Positions 25,775 through 37,865 of a stretch of 64,000 nucleotides of DNA are shown in pieces. The stretch lies in NCBI RefSeq assembly GCF_044704955.1, contig NC_091977.1, positions 429,784,001-429,848,000 on the forward strand, given 5' to 3'. A program made the position numbers and the translations under genes. The notes beneath the pieces were generated by a model that saw nothing but the letters and a program-made list of their open reading frames with translations, made no database searches and was not told the DNA's origin. This stretch comes from Pristiophorus japonicus. Its lineage: Eukaryota. The first letter of the stretch is position 1, and each line of letters starts with the position of its first letter.

Positions 25775-26367
25775 ATGAACATATGATCAATGGCGGACAA
25801 GTAAAGACCATCTGGTCCATCGAGCCTGTCCCACACAACACATACACTCCACCCCACCCGAAACCTATGATCTCCTGGGAGAGGCAAAAAAAAGGACAAT
25901 CTGGGTAAAAAAATCTCGGAAATCCCTCTCCGACCCATCTAGGCAATCAAATCTAGTCCAGGAGATCACTCTGGCCTACTATTGTCTGGGGAAAGAACCA
26001 CCTCCTGACATCTAACTTAGGTCTAGCCCTATCCAACTTAAATTTGTGATCTTTGGTCCTACCTAACCTATTTAATTGAAATAAACTGTCAACTGGAACA
26101 CCGTCTCTATTCCTTTCCTTATCTTATAAACCTTAATCCGATACCCCCTAAGTCTACGCTACTCTAATGTATAAAGTCCTAATTCTTTTAGCCTATCTTG
26201 ATAACTAAGATGCTTCAGACTTGGAATTAGTCAAGGCCCTCCTCTGCACCCTTTCGAGAGCCTCAATATCACCCACCATGTGAGGAGACCAAAACTGCAC
26301 ACAGTATTGCAAGCGCGGCCTGACTAAGGTCTTGAACAGGACAAAACAGTATGCCTCGTCTAAAACT
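25775..26367 (-). mobile_element. CR1-like LINE 3' end (different subfamily)
   Basis: Minus strand encodes [15 protein letters not shown] and RLKELGLYTLE*RRLRG-like motifs, followed by a GATGGACCAGATGGTC-type 3' UTR. Confidence 0.75.
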
Positions 26368-29300
26368 TGTAAAGTCCTGTCCCCTCAGTTCAGATTCACA
26401 CGAGGCATGTAGTGAAGTCAAGGTCACTCTGGACCTGCACCTTTTATTTCACAGCTCTGGAATGCTGCAATTGCCTGAGACCTGTGCTTATATATGTGTC
26501 TCTTGCAAGTGCACCCCCGGTGGTAAGGTATGCTGGTGGTTACAGGTCATATCTTATTACAGTCATGTTTCGCATGTTGGGATACAGTTATATATAATAA
26601 TGTAAGATACATGACATCACCCTCCCTCAAGGTCTTATTGACTTTATAAGTTCAGTCTCTCAGGTGGTCTACGCTCTCGCGTGGAGCGTCTGAGTTGTGG
26701 TTCAGTTGTTTGCCTTGGTGTCTGTTTTTCTTTGGGTGTGATTGCTGGTATCTCGCCTGGGCTGTCTGTTTTGACTGGTGTGATTGTTGTTGACTCGCCT
26801 GGGCTGTCTGTTGGGATTGCCCTTTCCTCAGGTTGTTCCCTCTGTCTGTCCACCAGGTGTGGTGCGAGTTCCACATTGTAGTCTGCCTCTGGTTCCGCAG
26901 TGCTGTTGGTAAATCTGCTTTTGACTTGGTCTACATGCCTCCGGCAGGTTTTGCCATTGTCCATTTGTACTACCAGTAGCCTGTTTCCTTCCTTGCCCGA
27001 TACTGTCCCTGCAAGCCATTTGGGACCCCTGCCATAGTTTAGTACAAACACTTTGTCCCCTATCTCATTCCATCTCTCCCTCGAATGTCTGTCATGGTAG
27101 TCAGTCAGCTTACGGCGCTTTGCCTCAACGATTTCGTGCATGTCTGGGAGGATTAATGAGAGCCTTGTTTTTAAAGTCCTTTTCATCAACAGTTGCGCGG
27201 GGGGATCCCAGTCAGTGAGTGCGGACGAGATCTGTATGCTAGCAGCAGTCGGAACAGGCGACCCTGCAGCGTGGGACCTTGGATTTTAAGCATGCCTTGT
27301 TTAATGATTTGCACTGCTCTCTCCGCCTGGCCGTTGGAGGCTGGCTTGAATGGTGCCGTCTTGACGTGATTTATGCTGTGGTCAATTATAAAGTCTTGGA
27401 ATTCTGCGCTGGTGAAGCACGGACCATTGTCACTGACTAATATGTCAGGGATTCCGTGCGTTGCAAACATGGTTGCGAGGCTCTCCACAGTGGTGGAGGT
27501 TGTGCTCAAGTTTAAAATGGTGCATTCGATCCATTTTGAAAATGCATCTACAACTACGAGGAACATTTTGCCCATGAATGGGCCCGCATAGTGTACATGC
27601 ACCCGCGACTACGGCTTGGTAGGCCAGGGCCAGGGGCTCAGTGGAGCCTCCCTGGGGGCATTGCTGAATTGGGCACAAATGGTGCACCTTCGGACGCAGA
27701 GCTCCAAGTCCGCGTCAATACCAGGCCACCAGACGTGGGATCTGGCTATGGCCTTCATGAGAACGATCCCCGGGTGCTCGCGGTGGAGCTCCCGGACAAA
27801 TGCCTCTCTGCCTCGCAGAGGCATGACTATTCAGCTACCCCACATCAGGCAGTCTGCTTGTAATGATAGCTCATGCATGCGCCTGTGAAAGGATTTTAAT
27901 TCCTCGGGGTAGGCATCGCGAGCCTCTGCCCAGTCACCGGTTAGGACACATATTTTTACTAAGGATAACGTGGGGTCGCTGGCCGTCCAGGCTCTGATTT
28001 GGCGAGCCGTCATGGGCGAATCTGTGGACTCAAAGGCATTGATTGCCATGACTATCTCATAGTCCTGTTCGTCAGACCCTTCCGTGGTCGCCAGAGGTAG
28101 CCTGCTGAGCACGTTGTCACAGTTGTCTGTGCCTGGTCTGTGCCTTATGGTATACTCGTAGGACGCCAGCATGAGTGCCCACCGTTGAATTCGCGCTGAG
28201 GCTTTGGCGTTTATTGCCTTGCTCTCGGATAGGAGGGACGTGAGGGGCTTGTGGTCGGTTTCTAATGCGAACTTAGCCCCGAAAAGGTATTGGTGCATCT
28301 TTTTGACACCGTATACGCACGCGAGCGCCTCCTTCTCTACCATTCTGTACCCGCGCTCCGCCCGCGAAAGTGACCTGGAGGCATAAGCTATGGATTGTAA
28401 TTTGCCCGCACTATTGACATGTTGCAAAACGCACCTGACCCCATATGCTGACGCATCGCATGTGAAAACTAGCTTTTTACCTGGGTCAAAGAAAGTCAAA
28501 ACACTGTTGGAACACAGAAGGTTGCGTGCCTTATGGAAGGCGCGTTCCTGAGCGTACCCCCAAAACCAATCGCACCCCTTCCTGAGTAGCACGTGGAGAG
28601 GTTCCAGCAGCGTGCTTAAGTTCTGCATAAAGTTCCCAAAGTAATTGAGTAGCCCGACAAAGGTGCGCAGTTCTGAGACATTCCGGGGCTTGGGTCCCAG
28701 GCGAATTGCTTCTGTTTTGGACTATGTTGGGTGGATTCCATCAGCGGCAATCCTTCTGCCCAAAAATTCAACCTCGGGTGCGAGAAACAAGCACTTGGAT
28801 TTCTTGACTCGTAGGCCTACCCGATCCAACCGCTTTAGTACTTCCTCCAAATTACGGAGATGGGAGTCGGTGTCCCTGCCCGTGATAAGTATGTCGTCTT
28901 GAAATACAACCGTCCCCGGGATGGACTTGAGCAGACTCTCCATGTTGCGCTGGAATATGGCAGCTGCCGACCTGATGCCGAATGGGCTTCGATTGTACAT
29001 GAAAAGGCCTCGATGTGTGTTGATGGTGGTGAGTAGCTTGGATTCCTCGATCAATTATTGCGTCATATACGCAGATGTGAGGTCTAATTTTGAGAAAAGT
29101 TTACCTCCAGCCAATGTGGCAAATAAGTCCTCTGCTCTGGGCAGCGGGTACTGGTCCTGTAGGGAGACTCTGTTTATGGTAGATTTGTAGTCCCCACAGA
29201 TTCGTACGGATCCATCAGGCTTCATGACTGGGACGATGGGACTTTCCCAGTCGCTAAATTCCACAGGTGATATAATGCCTTCCCGCAGAAGCCTGTCTAG

Positions 29301-30936
29301 TTCGTGTTCAATCTTTACCCTCATCACATAGGGTACAGCTCTGGCCTTGTGATGGACCGGTCTAGCATCCTGTGTGATGTAGATTTTGACATTGGCCCCT
29401 TTGAAAGTGTCCACACTTGGCTGAAAGAGATGTTCAAATTGCTTTATAACTGTTGAGCAGGAGGTCCGTTCCTCTAATGACATGGCATGGACATCATCCC
29501 ATTTCCAGTTTAGTTTTGCCAGCCAGCTTCTCCCCAGCAGTGCTGGGGGGTCTCCGGGGACAATCCACAGGGGAAGTCGGTTCCCTGTCCCTTTGTGTGT
29601 GACAGAGAGCATGGCGCTGCCGAGGACTGGTACGATTTCTTTGGTATAGGTCCTTAGTTTGGTGTCGACCCTTATGAGTTTTGGTCTGTCTCTTTTATGC
29701 GGCCACAGTTGTTCAAATTGTGGAGCGCCCATGAGAGATTGACTCGCTCCTGTATCCAGTTCCATGTTGACAGATATCCCGTTGAGTAGGACCCTCATCA
29801 TTATAGGAGGCGTCCTGTTGTAGGAGCAGCGGCCATTGATCGTGTTGACGTCCCGGGTACTGTCCCCACCATCTTCTGGTCCGCTTTCCGACCCATCTGA
29901 TTCGTATACCAGCTGAGCTGCCATTGTTTTGCACATGTGGGCCAAATGCCCTGTATATTCACAGTTCCTGCAAACAGCCTGCTGAAATCGACATCCCCTT
30001 GACGAGTGCCCACCCCCACACCTCCAGCACAGACTGCTTGCAAAGAATGAGCTGTGTCTGGCTGATCTCTCTTGAGCTTCTCTCAGTTTGTAGTTGATTG
30101 CTCTCATTGTGGGTTGATGAGGTGTCAACGGCTGTTCCTGTGGCCCTTGATGGCTTCTGTTGCCACTGCTTGCTGTCGAAAGCCTGTTCTGCCGGTTTTG
30201 TCTGTGTGTGGGGGTAGCAGCTTTTCTAATGCTGTGAACTCCTTGTTCCATTATTTCGTTAGTTGTCGTACCTGCATTGTAAATCAACCTCGTTTCTTAT
30301 TCCCCTACCAAGAATGTCTGTGCAACCAGTCCTGCTGCCTCTAAGGTCAGGTTCTTGGTCTCTATGAGCTTTCGGAATATGCCTGCGTGGCCTATTCCTT
30401 CAATGAAAAAATCACTCAGCATTTCTCTCCTCAGTTCATCAGAGAACTCACATAAACTAGCCAACCTCCGAAGTTCCGCCACGAAGTCGGGTATACTCTG
30501 GCCCACACAGCATCTGTAGTTGTAGAACGTGTGTCTGGCCATGTGTAGGCTGCTCGCTGGCTTCAGGTGGTCTCTTACCAGTGTGCTCAATTCTTCAAAC
30601 GACTTGCTTGCCACAGCTGGTCAGGAGATGGGCTCTTCTCTTGTCTGCCGTATCGTCGCCTAACCAGTCTTTGGGTTCAAAGCTTTGCTGGAGCCTTTCT
30701 ATAATGTCCTCCCAATTGTCTCCCGCATTGTACTTTTCATCTGATCTGTTGTTTGCCATTCTGTGGATTCTGTAATCCCGTAACCCGTCGCCACTGTAAA
30801 GTCCTGTCCCCTCAGTACAGATTCACACGAGGCATATAGTGAAGTCAAGGTCACTCTGGACCTGCACCTTTTATTTCACAGCTCTGGAATGCTGCACTTG
30901 CCTGAGACCTGTGCTTATATACCTGTCTCTTGCAAG
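26368..30936 (-). mobile_element. Gypsy/Ty3 (Mag-like) LTR retrotransposon 2, 5' LTR truncated
   Basis: 3' LTR 26368-26616. Matching partial 5' LTR 30795-30936. PBS TGGCGACGGG (minus strand, 30784-30793). PPT next to 26617. Confidence 0.93.
26644..30759 (-). pseudogene. gag-pol of Gypsy 2, disrupted
   Basis: CWRCGGGH/CRNC..GH knuckles, LDTGAS, RICGDYK, FQDD, TCDAS, HREHPG..CTIC, SDNGP, SNGQAER, tail LRRSTRERRPPERL. Confidence 0.93.
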
Positions 30937-31150
30937 GTAAGTTGGTGTGGGTAAGGATGTGTAGGAGTAGAGTCGGAAAGGCAGAGTGATGGAGATGTGA
31001 TGAGTGGCACAGCAGGATGAAGTTGAGTATGGCTTTGCAGTAATGTTTCGTGATCCACTGAGATCATTGAAAGGTTTGCACCACTACAGCCAGGTCCTCC
31101 TGATGGCATCACTGCTTGTGCTCTCCTGTACAATGTGCAACCAGGGGAGC
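30937..31150 (-). mobile_element. Harbinger Myb/SANT exon-1 remnant
   Basis: Minus strand reads ..SSDAIRRTWL*WCKPFNDL, matching the RTW.QC.K.FNDL motif of the other copies. Confidence 0.55.
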
Positions 31151-33112
31151 AGTCGTTTTTTTTTAATAAAAGGATGGTGAATATATAGCTATCGGGGGCT
31201 CACATTTGTTCCGAAAATAAAACTATAGTAGTTTAGTAGCAACAGAAAGTATTATTGTAATTTGGAAAAATATTGCAGGCTGCATGTAATAATTGAAGAT
31301 ACCACCTATGTTGCAAGATGTATATATCAATCAAACTAAATACAAAATTAATTTTTTTGTACAATGAATTTGTTACACAGTAACAAGTCTGTTTTAGCTC
31401 AGAATGTTTGATCAGGGATTAAAATTAAATTATAGACCACAATATTGTGCAAATGATTAGCCAGACATACTTGGGCCTCTGCACAGACAAGTATTCAACA
31501 TATCAAAATATTATTAGGTTCAAGCATTTGTAAAATAATCCATAAATATTTGGCTTTTTAGGATGGGGCGACTCAGATAGTAGAGCACAAACAGCTTCAA
31601 AATAATAACTTTTCTTTCTTTGTTTTCCAGTTATCTCCCCTGTGTGTCTTGAAGGTGGTGACTTAATGGTGCTGTCAGAACACTGTTATCTTGCCCAAAT
31701 TGATTCCTCTTGTGTGAAGCTGCATCCGGATGCAAGGAGATGCATTGGAGCTACGTATATAATGTAGGCTGATGTTAGTATAGTATCAAGGGAGTGCTGC
31801 ATTTTCACAAGCATAGATTTGTCTTGTGACTATCGGAACCAAAGACTTCCTTGCTGTCGATTTTGTGCTTTCAATTGGTTACTTACACCCTTTGCATTTT
31901 TTTCCTTTGTTGAACTGAAAATATTTATTTCTTTCTTGTCAAATAGCATTTGCTACTCTCCAATATTCTTCCCATATTTGGCTGCAAACTTCCCATGTAA
32001 TGACCTTCTACATTGAAATAATTTATCATCACAGCATCAAATTGCAGAAACAGAATGGACGAGGCTTCTTTGATTTTTAGACAGCTCCGCCCAATGGCCA
32101 AGGTGCTGTATTGCAACACATCAATTTTATTATATTAACTTGAATTTAAGTTGCATTTTATTAAAAACAAAAAAATCAGTTTGAAGTGCAGCACACATAT
32201 AAGGTATTTCTTTCCAGGGGAGGCCTTTAGTTTGGGCACACCCTGTGTGTAGAGGTGGTCTATCACATCAAAATAATGATTTGTACATTCTCAAAGTTTT
32301 ATGATTCAGACTAGTCACATTTTTGGTCAGTCGTCAAAATACTAGGAATTTCACATCTGTTGGTGATATCATTCTCTATCTTAGCATCAATTTGCTAATG
32401 TATTTCTCTTTATAAGACATTTTTATTGCAAGTCATGTTTGGCCTAGGCTTTCTCCTAGGGGAGGTTCTTTGATACAGCAGCACCTCATTGTCATTCTAT
32501 TTGTAGCTCCACTTGGAAGCAGACCTGAATTAACAAGAGATGGCTGAGCTGCAGCAGAAGGAGAGGGCGAAACACTTCTCAGATGTGGCCGTGGAGAGGA
32601 GGCGGGCTTTCTTCTTCCCGCAGACCGGTAGGAAGCCATCTGCCCATAATGACCTCACACAGCAGGTCAAGGTGAAAAAAGGCTTCAGCAAATGCCATAT
32701 CCCACCATCTGCACCACAAACCTCACACACTGCTCTATGCACAACACCCCTAGCACTCACCTACCAATAATCCCTACCTTTCACCATTCAGACCTCACAA
32801 TCATAGTTTCACTTCATGCTCACAACCTTACCACTGCTACAACACTCACACCCATGTCTAACACCTTGCTCAAGCTGACAGCTATTCAACTATGGCAGGC
32901 AATCACCCAAACACATTGCACGACACACACACACAGTTTCCTTACTCTTGCAGGCTAAGGTCACTCACAATCACTGGGAGCAGCGGCAGACAGATGGGGG
33001 CAAGCAGGAATACAGGCCTTGACCTAATTGAAGGGGAGTGTGCTCGACATCATTGGATGGGAAGTCACCGAGGCCGTAGCAACGGACAAAGTTGAAGTCC
33101 TTGTGCATCAAC

Positions 33113-33452
33113 CAGTAGTTCAGTTTGTAGCACCCTCGCCTCTGAGTCAGAAGGTTATGGGTTCAAGTCCCACTTCAGAGACTTGATCTGATACTCCAGT
33201 ACAGTGCTGAGGGATTGCTGCACCTTCGGAGGTGCCGTCTTTCAGATGAGACGTTAAACCGAAGCCCCGTCTTCTTTCTCAGGTGGACGTAAAAGATCCC
33301 ATGGCACTATTTCGAAGAAGAGCAGGGGAGTTATCCCGGTGTCCTGGCCAATATTTATTCCTCAATCAACATAACAAAAACAGATTATCACATTGCTGTT
33401 TGAGAGAGTTTGCTATGCGCAAATTGGTTGCCGTGTTTCCTACATTACAACA
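33113..33452 (+). mobile_element. tRNA-derived Deu-domain SINE (SacSINE1/AmnSINE-like), 3'-truncated
   Basis: B box GGTTCAAGTCC and Deu core GGAGGTGCCGTCTTTCAGATGAGACGTTAAACCG...GTAAAAGATCCCATGGCACT. Family recognised from memory. Confidence 0.85.
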
Positions 33453-34135
33453 GAGCAATTGCTTAGGGAGCCTCGTGTCTGGCATGCAAACAGTGTGGCC
33501 TGCCCAGCGAAGCTGATCGAGTGTCGTCAGTGCTTCAATGCTGGGGATGTTAGCTTGGGCGAGGACACTGATGTTGGTGCGCCTGTCCTCCCAGGGGATT
33601 TGCAGGATCTTGCGGAGGCATCGTTGGTGATATATCTCCAGTGACTTGAGGTGTCTTCTGTACACCATCAATGCCTCTGATCCATACAAGAGGGCGGGTA
33701 TTACTACAGCCCTGTAGACCATGAGTTTGGTGGTAGATTTGAGGGCCTGGTCTTCGAACACTCTTTTCCTCAGGTGGCCAAAGGCTGCACTAGCGCACTG
33801 GAGGCGATGTTGAATCTCCGCATCAATGTCTGTCTTTGTTGATAAAAGGCTCCCGAGGTATGGGAAGTGGTCCACGTTGTCGAGGGCCGCGCCATGAATC
33901 TTGATGACTGGGGGGCAGTACTGTGTGGCAAGGACAGGCTGGTAGAGGACCTTTGTCTTATGAATGTTAAGTGTTAGGCCCATGTTTTCATATGCATTGG
34001 TGAGTACATCGACTATATCCTGGAGGTCAGCCTCAGAATGTGCGCAGACACAGGCGTCGTCCGCGTACTGCAGCTCAATGACAGAGGTTGGGGTGATCTT
34101 GGACCTGGCCTGGAGGCGGCAAAGGTTAAACAAGG
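33453..34135 (-). mobile_element. RTE LINE fragment (RT C-terminal half)
   Basis: ELQYADD, GLTLNIHKTKV, FPYLGS, LLYGSE, QLRWAGH. Confidence 0.93.
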
Positions 34136-35505
34136 TTAAACGAGGAAGAAGGAATACCATCACTGCATCTGTCACTCGCAGACACCAGCTCAGAAACTGG
34201 CACGACATGGAATTTAGAGGGTAGTGTCGATGCGAGATCTGCACAGGGTGAGGCATCAGGCACGAGTGGGCTGCAGCAAGGCCAGGGAGAAAGGGTAGCT
34301 CGGGGGCCAGCTCACCGGTGGGCGGGTTCATGCGCGAGTACGACTGCATGTGACTCAGATGAGGATCTCAATGGGGCAGCCTTCAGAAGAAGGATGATGG
34401 ACATGTACACCAAATTGCTAGGAACAATGGCAAACCTGCCAGAGAGCCACTTGGAGGAATCCGGTTCCAACATTGCCCGGGGCTTTGCACAGAGCTTGGA
34501 GCCCATGATTTCCAGGCTGGAAATGATGGACAACTCCAGAAGAGACTGTGTCAACCCAGATGCGGCTGACATCACATCACATCACAGGTGGAAATGACCC
34601 AACATCTCAGTGCTGCAGTGGAAGCACAGACTGCTCTCCTGCAGTCTCAGCTTGCTGCCACCCAAGCTCAGACTGCTGCCATCATAGCTAGGTTTACCAG
34701 TGTCAAACAAGGCTCACAACATGTCACAGCAGCCCAGCAATCTGTCCTGCAACAAATTGATTGGAAAGCTGAGGCGCTGCCCCGGGGAAGTGGCAGTAGG
34801 TCTGTGGAGCAGAAACCTGCTGTCCTCTCTCAGGATGACAGCATTCCTATTCCCACCACTGCCACTCCGCCATTGCCCTTGCCTGTCAGCCAGCCAGCCC
34901 AGATTGCTGCCGCCCATGCCGAGGTGGTGCAGTTTACAGGTCCTTCTAGGTCCAGAGCTACTCGAGGCCATCCTGCAAGGCCATCTGTAGCCTTCTCCAC
35001 AGAAACTCAGCAGCTTTCTACCAGCCGTGCTGTAGCCACTGAGGGAGCACTGCGTAGGAGCACTAGAGCAGGAAAGGCCATCCGAATGACAGGCACTAAG
35101 GGATTGCACAAGGGCGATTAGTTGATATTGTATTTGTGAATGGATTAGTGATCAATTTATTAATTTTGCTTGGAATCTTGAGCCGAGAAATTCACGGACT
35201 TACATCTTTCCATTAAGGCCCATTTCTGGAAAAAAATGGCAGCCGCCTCACTTCTGCCAGCCTCTGGCGTATGACTCAGCGACTGCCATTTTGCTGAGGG
35301 CTGTAGCGCAGACGTTAGCAGCACTGTTCCTAGGAATGTAAATTAGCAGAGCTTGATGCCACGTCTGTAAACTTCGACCTTTTCACTGACTTTAATGCAG
35401 GGTCCTAAGTGTGGCTTTGTCCAATAGATGTTCAAAGTTTTTAAAGTGTGCAGGAAGTGCTGCTGGATGATTGCAAGGCCACGAATGGTAAAGGCAAGCT
35501 TCTGA

Positions 35506-35640
35506 CAGAAAATGCTGGAAATACTCAGCAGGTCAGGCAGCATCCGTGGAGAGAGAAACAGACTAAACGTTTCAGGTCGAGGTGCTGCCTGACCTGCTTA
35601 GTATTTCCAGCATTTTCTGCTTTTATTTCAGATTTACAGC
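35506..35640. repeat. Penelope-type palindromic (inverted pseudo-LTR) remnant
   Basis: 37-bp arms 35506-35542 and 35583-35619 with one mismatch and a 40-nt loop. Confidence 0.75.
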
Positions 35641-35763
35641 AGCCGTTCGGAGAGGGAAGAGGAAGATGCAGAAGAGGAAGAAGCAGAAGGAAGGATGCAA
35701 CCCAGAGAAATACTTTTTGGCCAGGATATTCAGGATGGGATCATCCGCCTGCGGTACCAGTGA
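35641..35763 (+). pseudogene. Acidic C-terminal tail of a Harbinger transposase (fragment)
   Basis: GAGGAA-rich run ending ..DIQDGIIRLRYQ*, comparable to REARDGLIMARFT* at the end of transposase A. Confidence 0.5.
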
Positions 35764-36387
35764 CCACAGCCCCAATTCCCTTTTCATCATTTGTCCCACA
35801 TCTTGGGGCCGAAATTCAGGGTCTTGGGAAGGATCGTTACCGCGGGTTTTCGGCAGCCATTCGGAAAGATTGAGTGGCTGCCGCATTCCAATCGATTGAC
35901 CCCCACGACGCATTTTCAGCACAAGTGTTTTTTGGTGATGTAGACTTCCACCGCAAGCCGCCGACTTTCTCTGCGGTAAGGGGCTTGTGGCCGCAGTGAC
36001 GTCATCAGGGCGCGCGGCGCTGCTCGCAGCCACGCTACCCATATTCAGCTTTAAAAAGTGAGCTTTTTGTTGGACAGTGCCCCCACCAGCTTTTTGGGTT
36101 GTTACATTTTGCCGTGCTACTCGACACCGCTGGAGGAGGAGAATGGAGGATTCCTGCGATCGGAGATATTTTTGGTGAAAACTTTTTCTGTTTCTTTTGT
36201 GCATTTGGTTAACCTGCTAAGTCGTGTTCATCACTTTTGGGAGAGTTTTGAGGACTTTTAGCTCTCACTGATTAGTGGAGGCCTGTCGGCTTCATTCTGT
36301 GTACCAGAGAGGCCTGCTTGTCAGGGGCCAGCCTTCACACAGAGTGGGCTCAGTGTTGGCAGGGAAACGCCTTGTCCAACTTGTCAG

Positions 36388-37680
36388 ATGCAACGTGTAG
36401 AGAGGCAGCAGGCAAGGGAGGCAGCAGCCATGGCTGCCCAACATCCAGAAGAGCCTGCAGATGGGCGCAGACCTCCATGTGGTGAGGGTAGCCAGGAGGG
36501 AGATGGCGTGAGGAGGAGGGTTAGGTGCGCTAACCCCCCCCGCACCACATACTGGGCCAGGAGTCTCACCGGCAACAGCCTGCAGAGCCTCCCAAACATG
36601 AGGAGGAACAGGGAGAAGGCGAACAGCCTGCTGCCATGGGAGGTGGCCAGCACAGACCTGGGGGAAGGAGGCCCTACCGTCAAAGGGTCTACCGATGTCA
36701 GTTCTCCTTCCTGGAGCTCAGTGATGAGCAATGCTTGTTAAGGCTCAGATTTAGAAAGGATGTACTGAGGGAGCTCTGCAATGTCTTGCGCCAAGATCTG
36801 GAGCCTCACACAAGGCTCAGGACCGCTCTGACCATTGAGACCAAGGTCACCATAGCTCTGAACTTTTATGCTATGGGATCTTTCCAGTCTGCGACTCCAG
36901 ATCTCCATCGCCAACATCTCACAAATCTCTGCCCATCGCTCCACCCGGCAGGTCACCGATGCTCTATATAGGAGAAGAGTGGACTATATCTCCTTCCCGA
37001 TGACCAAGGAAAAGCAGGTGGAGCGGCAGACTGGATTTGTCTGGATTGCAGGGTTCCCCAGGGTGCCATTGACTGCACACATTGGCCTGAGGGCGCCACA
37101 ACACCATCCCGAACTCTTCATCAACAGGAAGGGAATCCACTCCCTCAATATGCAGCTGGTGTGTGAACACCAGCGTAGGATCTTGGCAGTTGATGCCAGG
37201 TATCCAGGCAGCAGCCATGATTCATTCATTTTGCGCCAGACCAGTGTGCCCGCCGCTTCACCGGGCCAAATCAGGATTGTAGATGGCTGCTTGACGACAA
37301 GGGATATCCCCTGTCCACTTAGCTTGCTGACTCCACTATGGAACCCTAGGATAGTGGCTGAGCGTGCCTACAGTGACACTCATTCTGGCACCAGATGCAT
37401 CATTGAGCACTGCTTTGGAATCCTCAAGCAGAGGTTCCGTTGTCTGGAGGCACCTTGCAGTGCTCTCCTGAACAGATCTCTATAGTCATGGTGGTATGCT
37501 GCATGCTGCACAACCTGGCCCTCATGATGGGCCAGCCGCTGGAGGTCGAGCCAGCAATACCACCTGATGAGGAGGAGGTGCAGGAGGAGGAGGCAGTGCA
37601 GGAGGAGGTCATCGCTATGGCAACGCTGCAAGGGAGGTGCAGACGCATCACATTGTTGCTCGATTCATATAATCTCATCC
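36388..37680 (+). pseudogene. Harbinger B DDE transposase, frameshifted
   Basis: LSDEQCLLRLRF, IALNFYAMGSFQ, GFPRV, NRKGIHSLNMQLVC, ARYPGSSHDSFIL, IEHCFGILKQRFRCL, CCMLHNL, acidic tail. Confidence 0.92.
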
Positions 37681-37865
37681 CACATAACCCGTCAGCTCCT
37701 ATTTTCCATGGCCATCAAAATGAATGTCTGCATACAGAATTGCCCACTCCCAAATTAAACACCTGCCCAGATATATGTGCAAAAAATAAAGATTTATGAT
37801 ATGATGCAAGTCAGTGCAAAAAGACAACAGAACAAAAAATAGTACCAGAAACTAACACAACATCA

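Larger units (their letters stand above)
32540..35121 (+). pseudogene. Harbinger C Myb/SANT partner gene remnant (exons about 32540-32670, 32954-33095, 34140-35121), interrupted by a SINE and an RTE
   Basis: ERAKHFSD..NDLTQQVK|gt; cttgcag|AKVTHNHWEQRQT; last exon has a predicted helical A/Q-rich segment, VLSQD, GPSRSR, LRRSTR and KGLHKGD*. Confidence 0.75.

Noticed and set aside
32433-32515. Minus-strand terminal exon GLLPSGATNRMTMRCCC..
   Set aside because: Weak acceptor next to a Harbinger remnant and no supporting homology.
33113-33180. tRNA gene
   Set aside because: The B box belongs to a SINE head; there is no complete cloverleaf.
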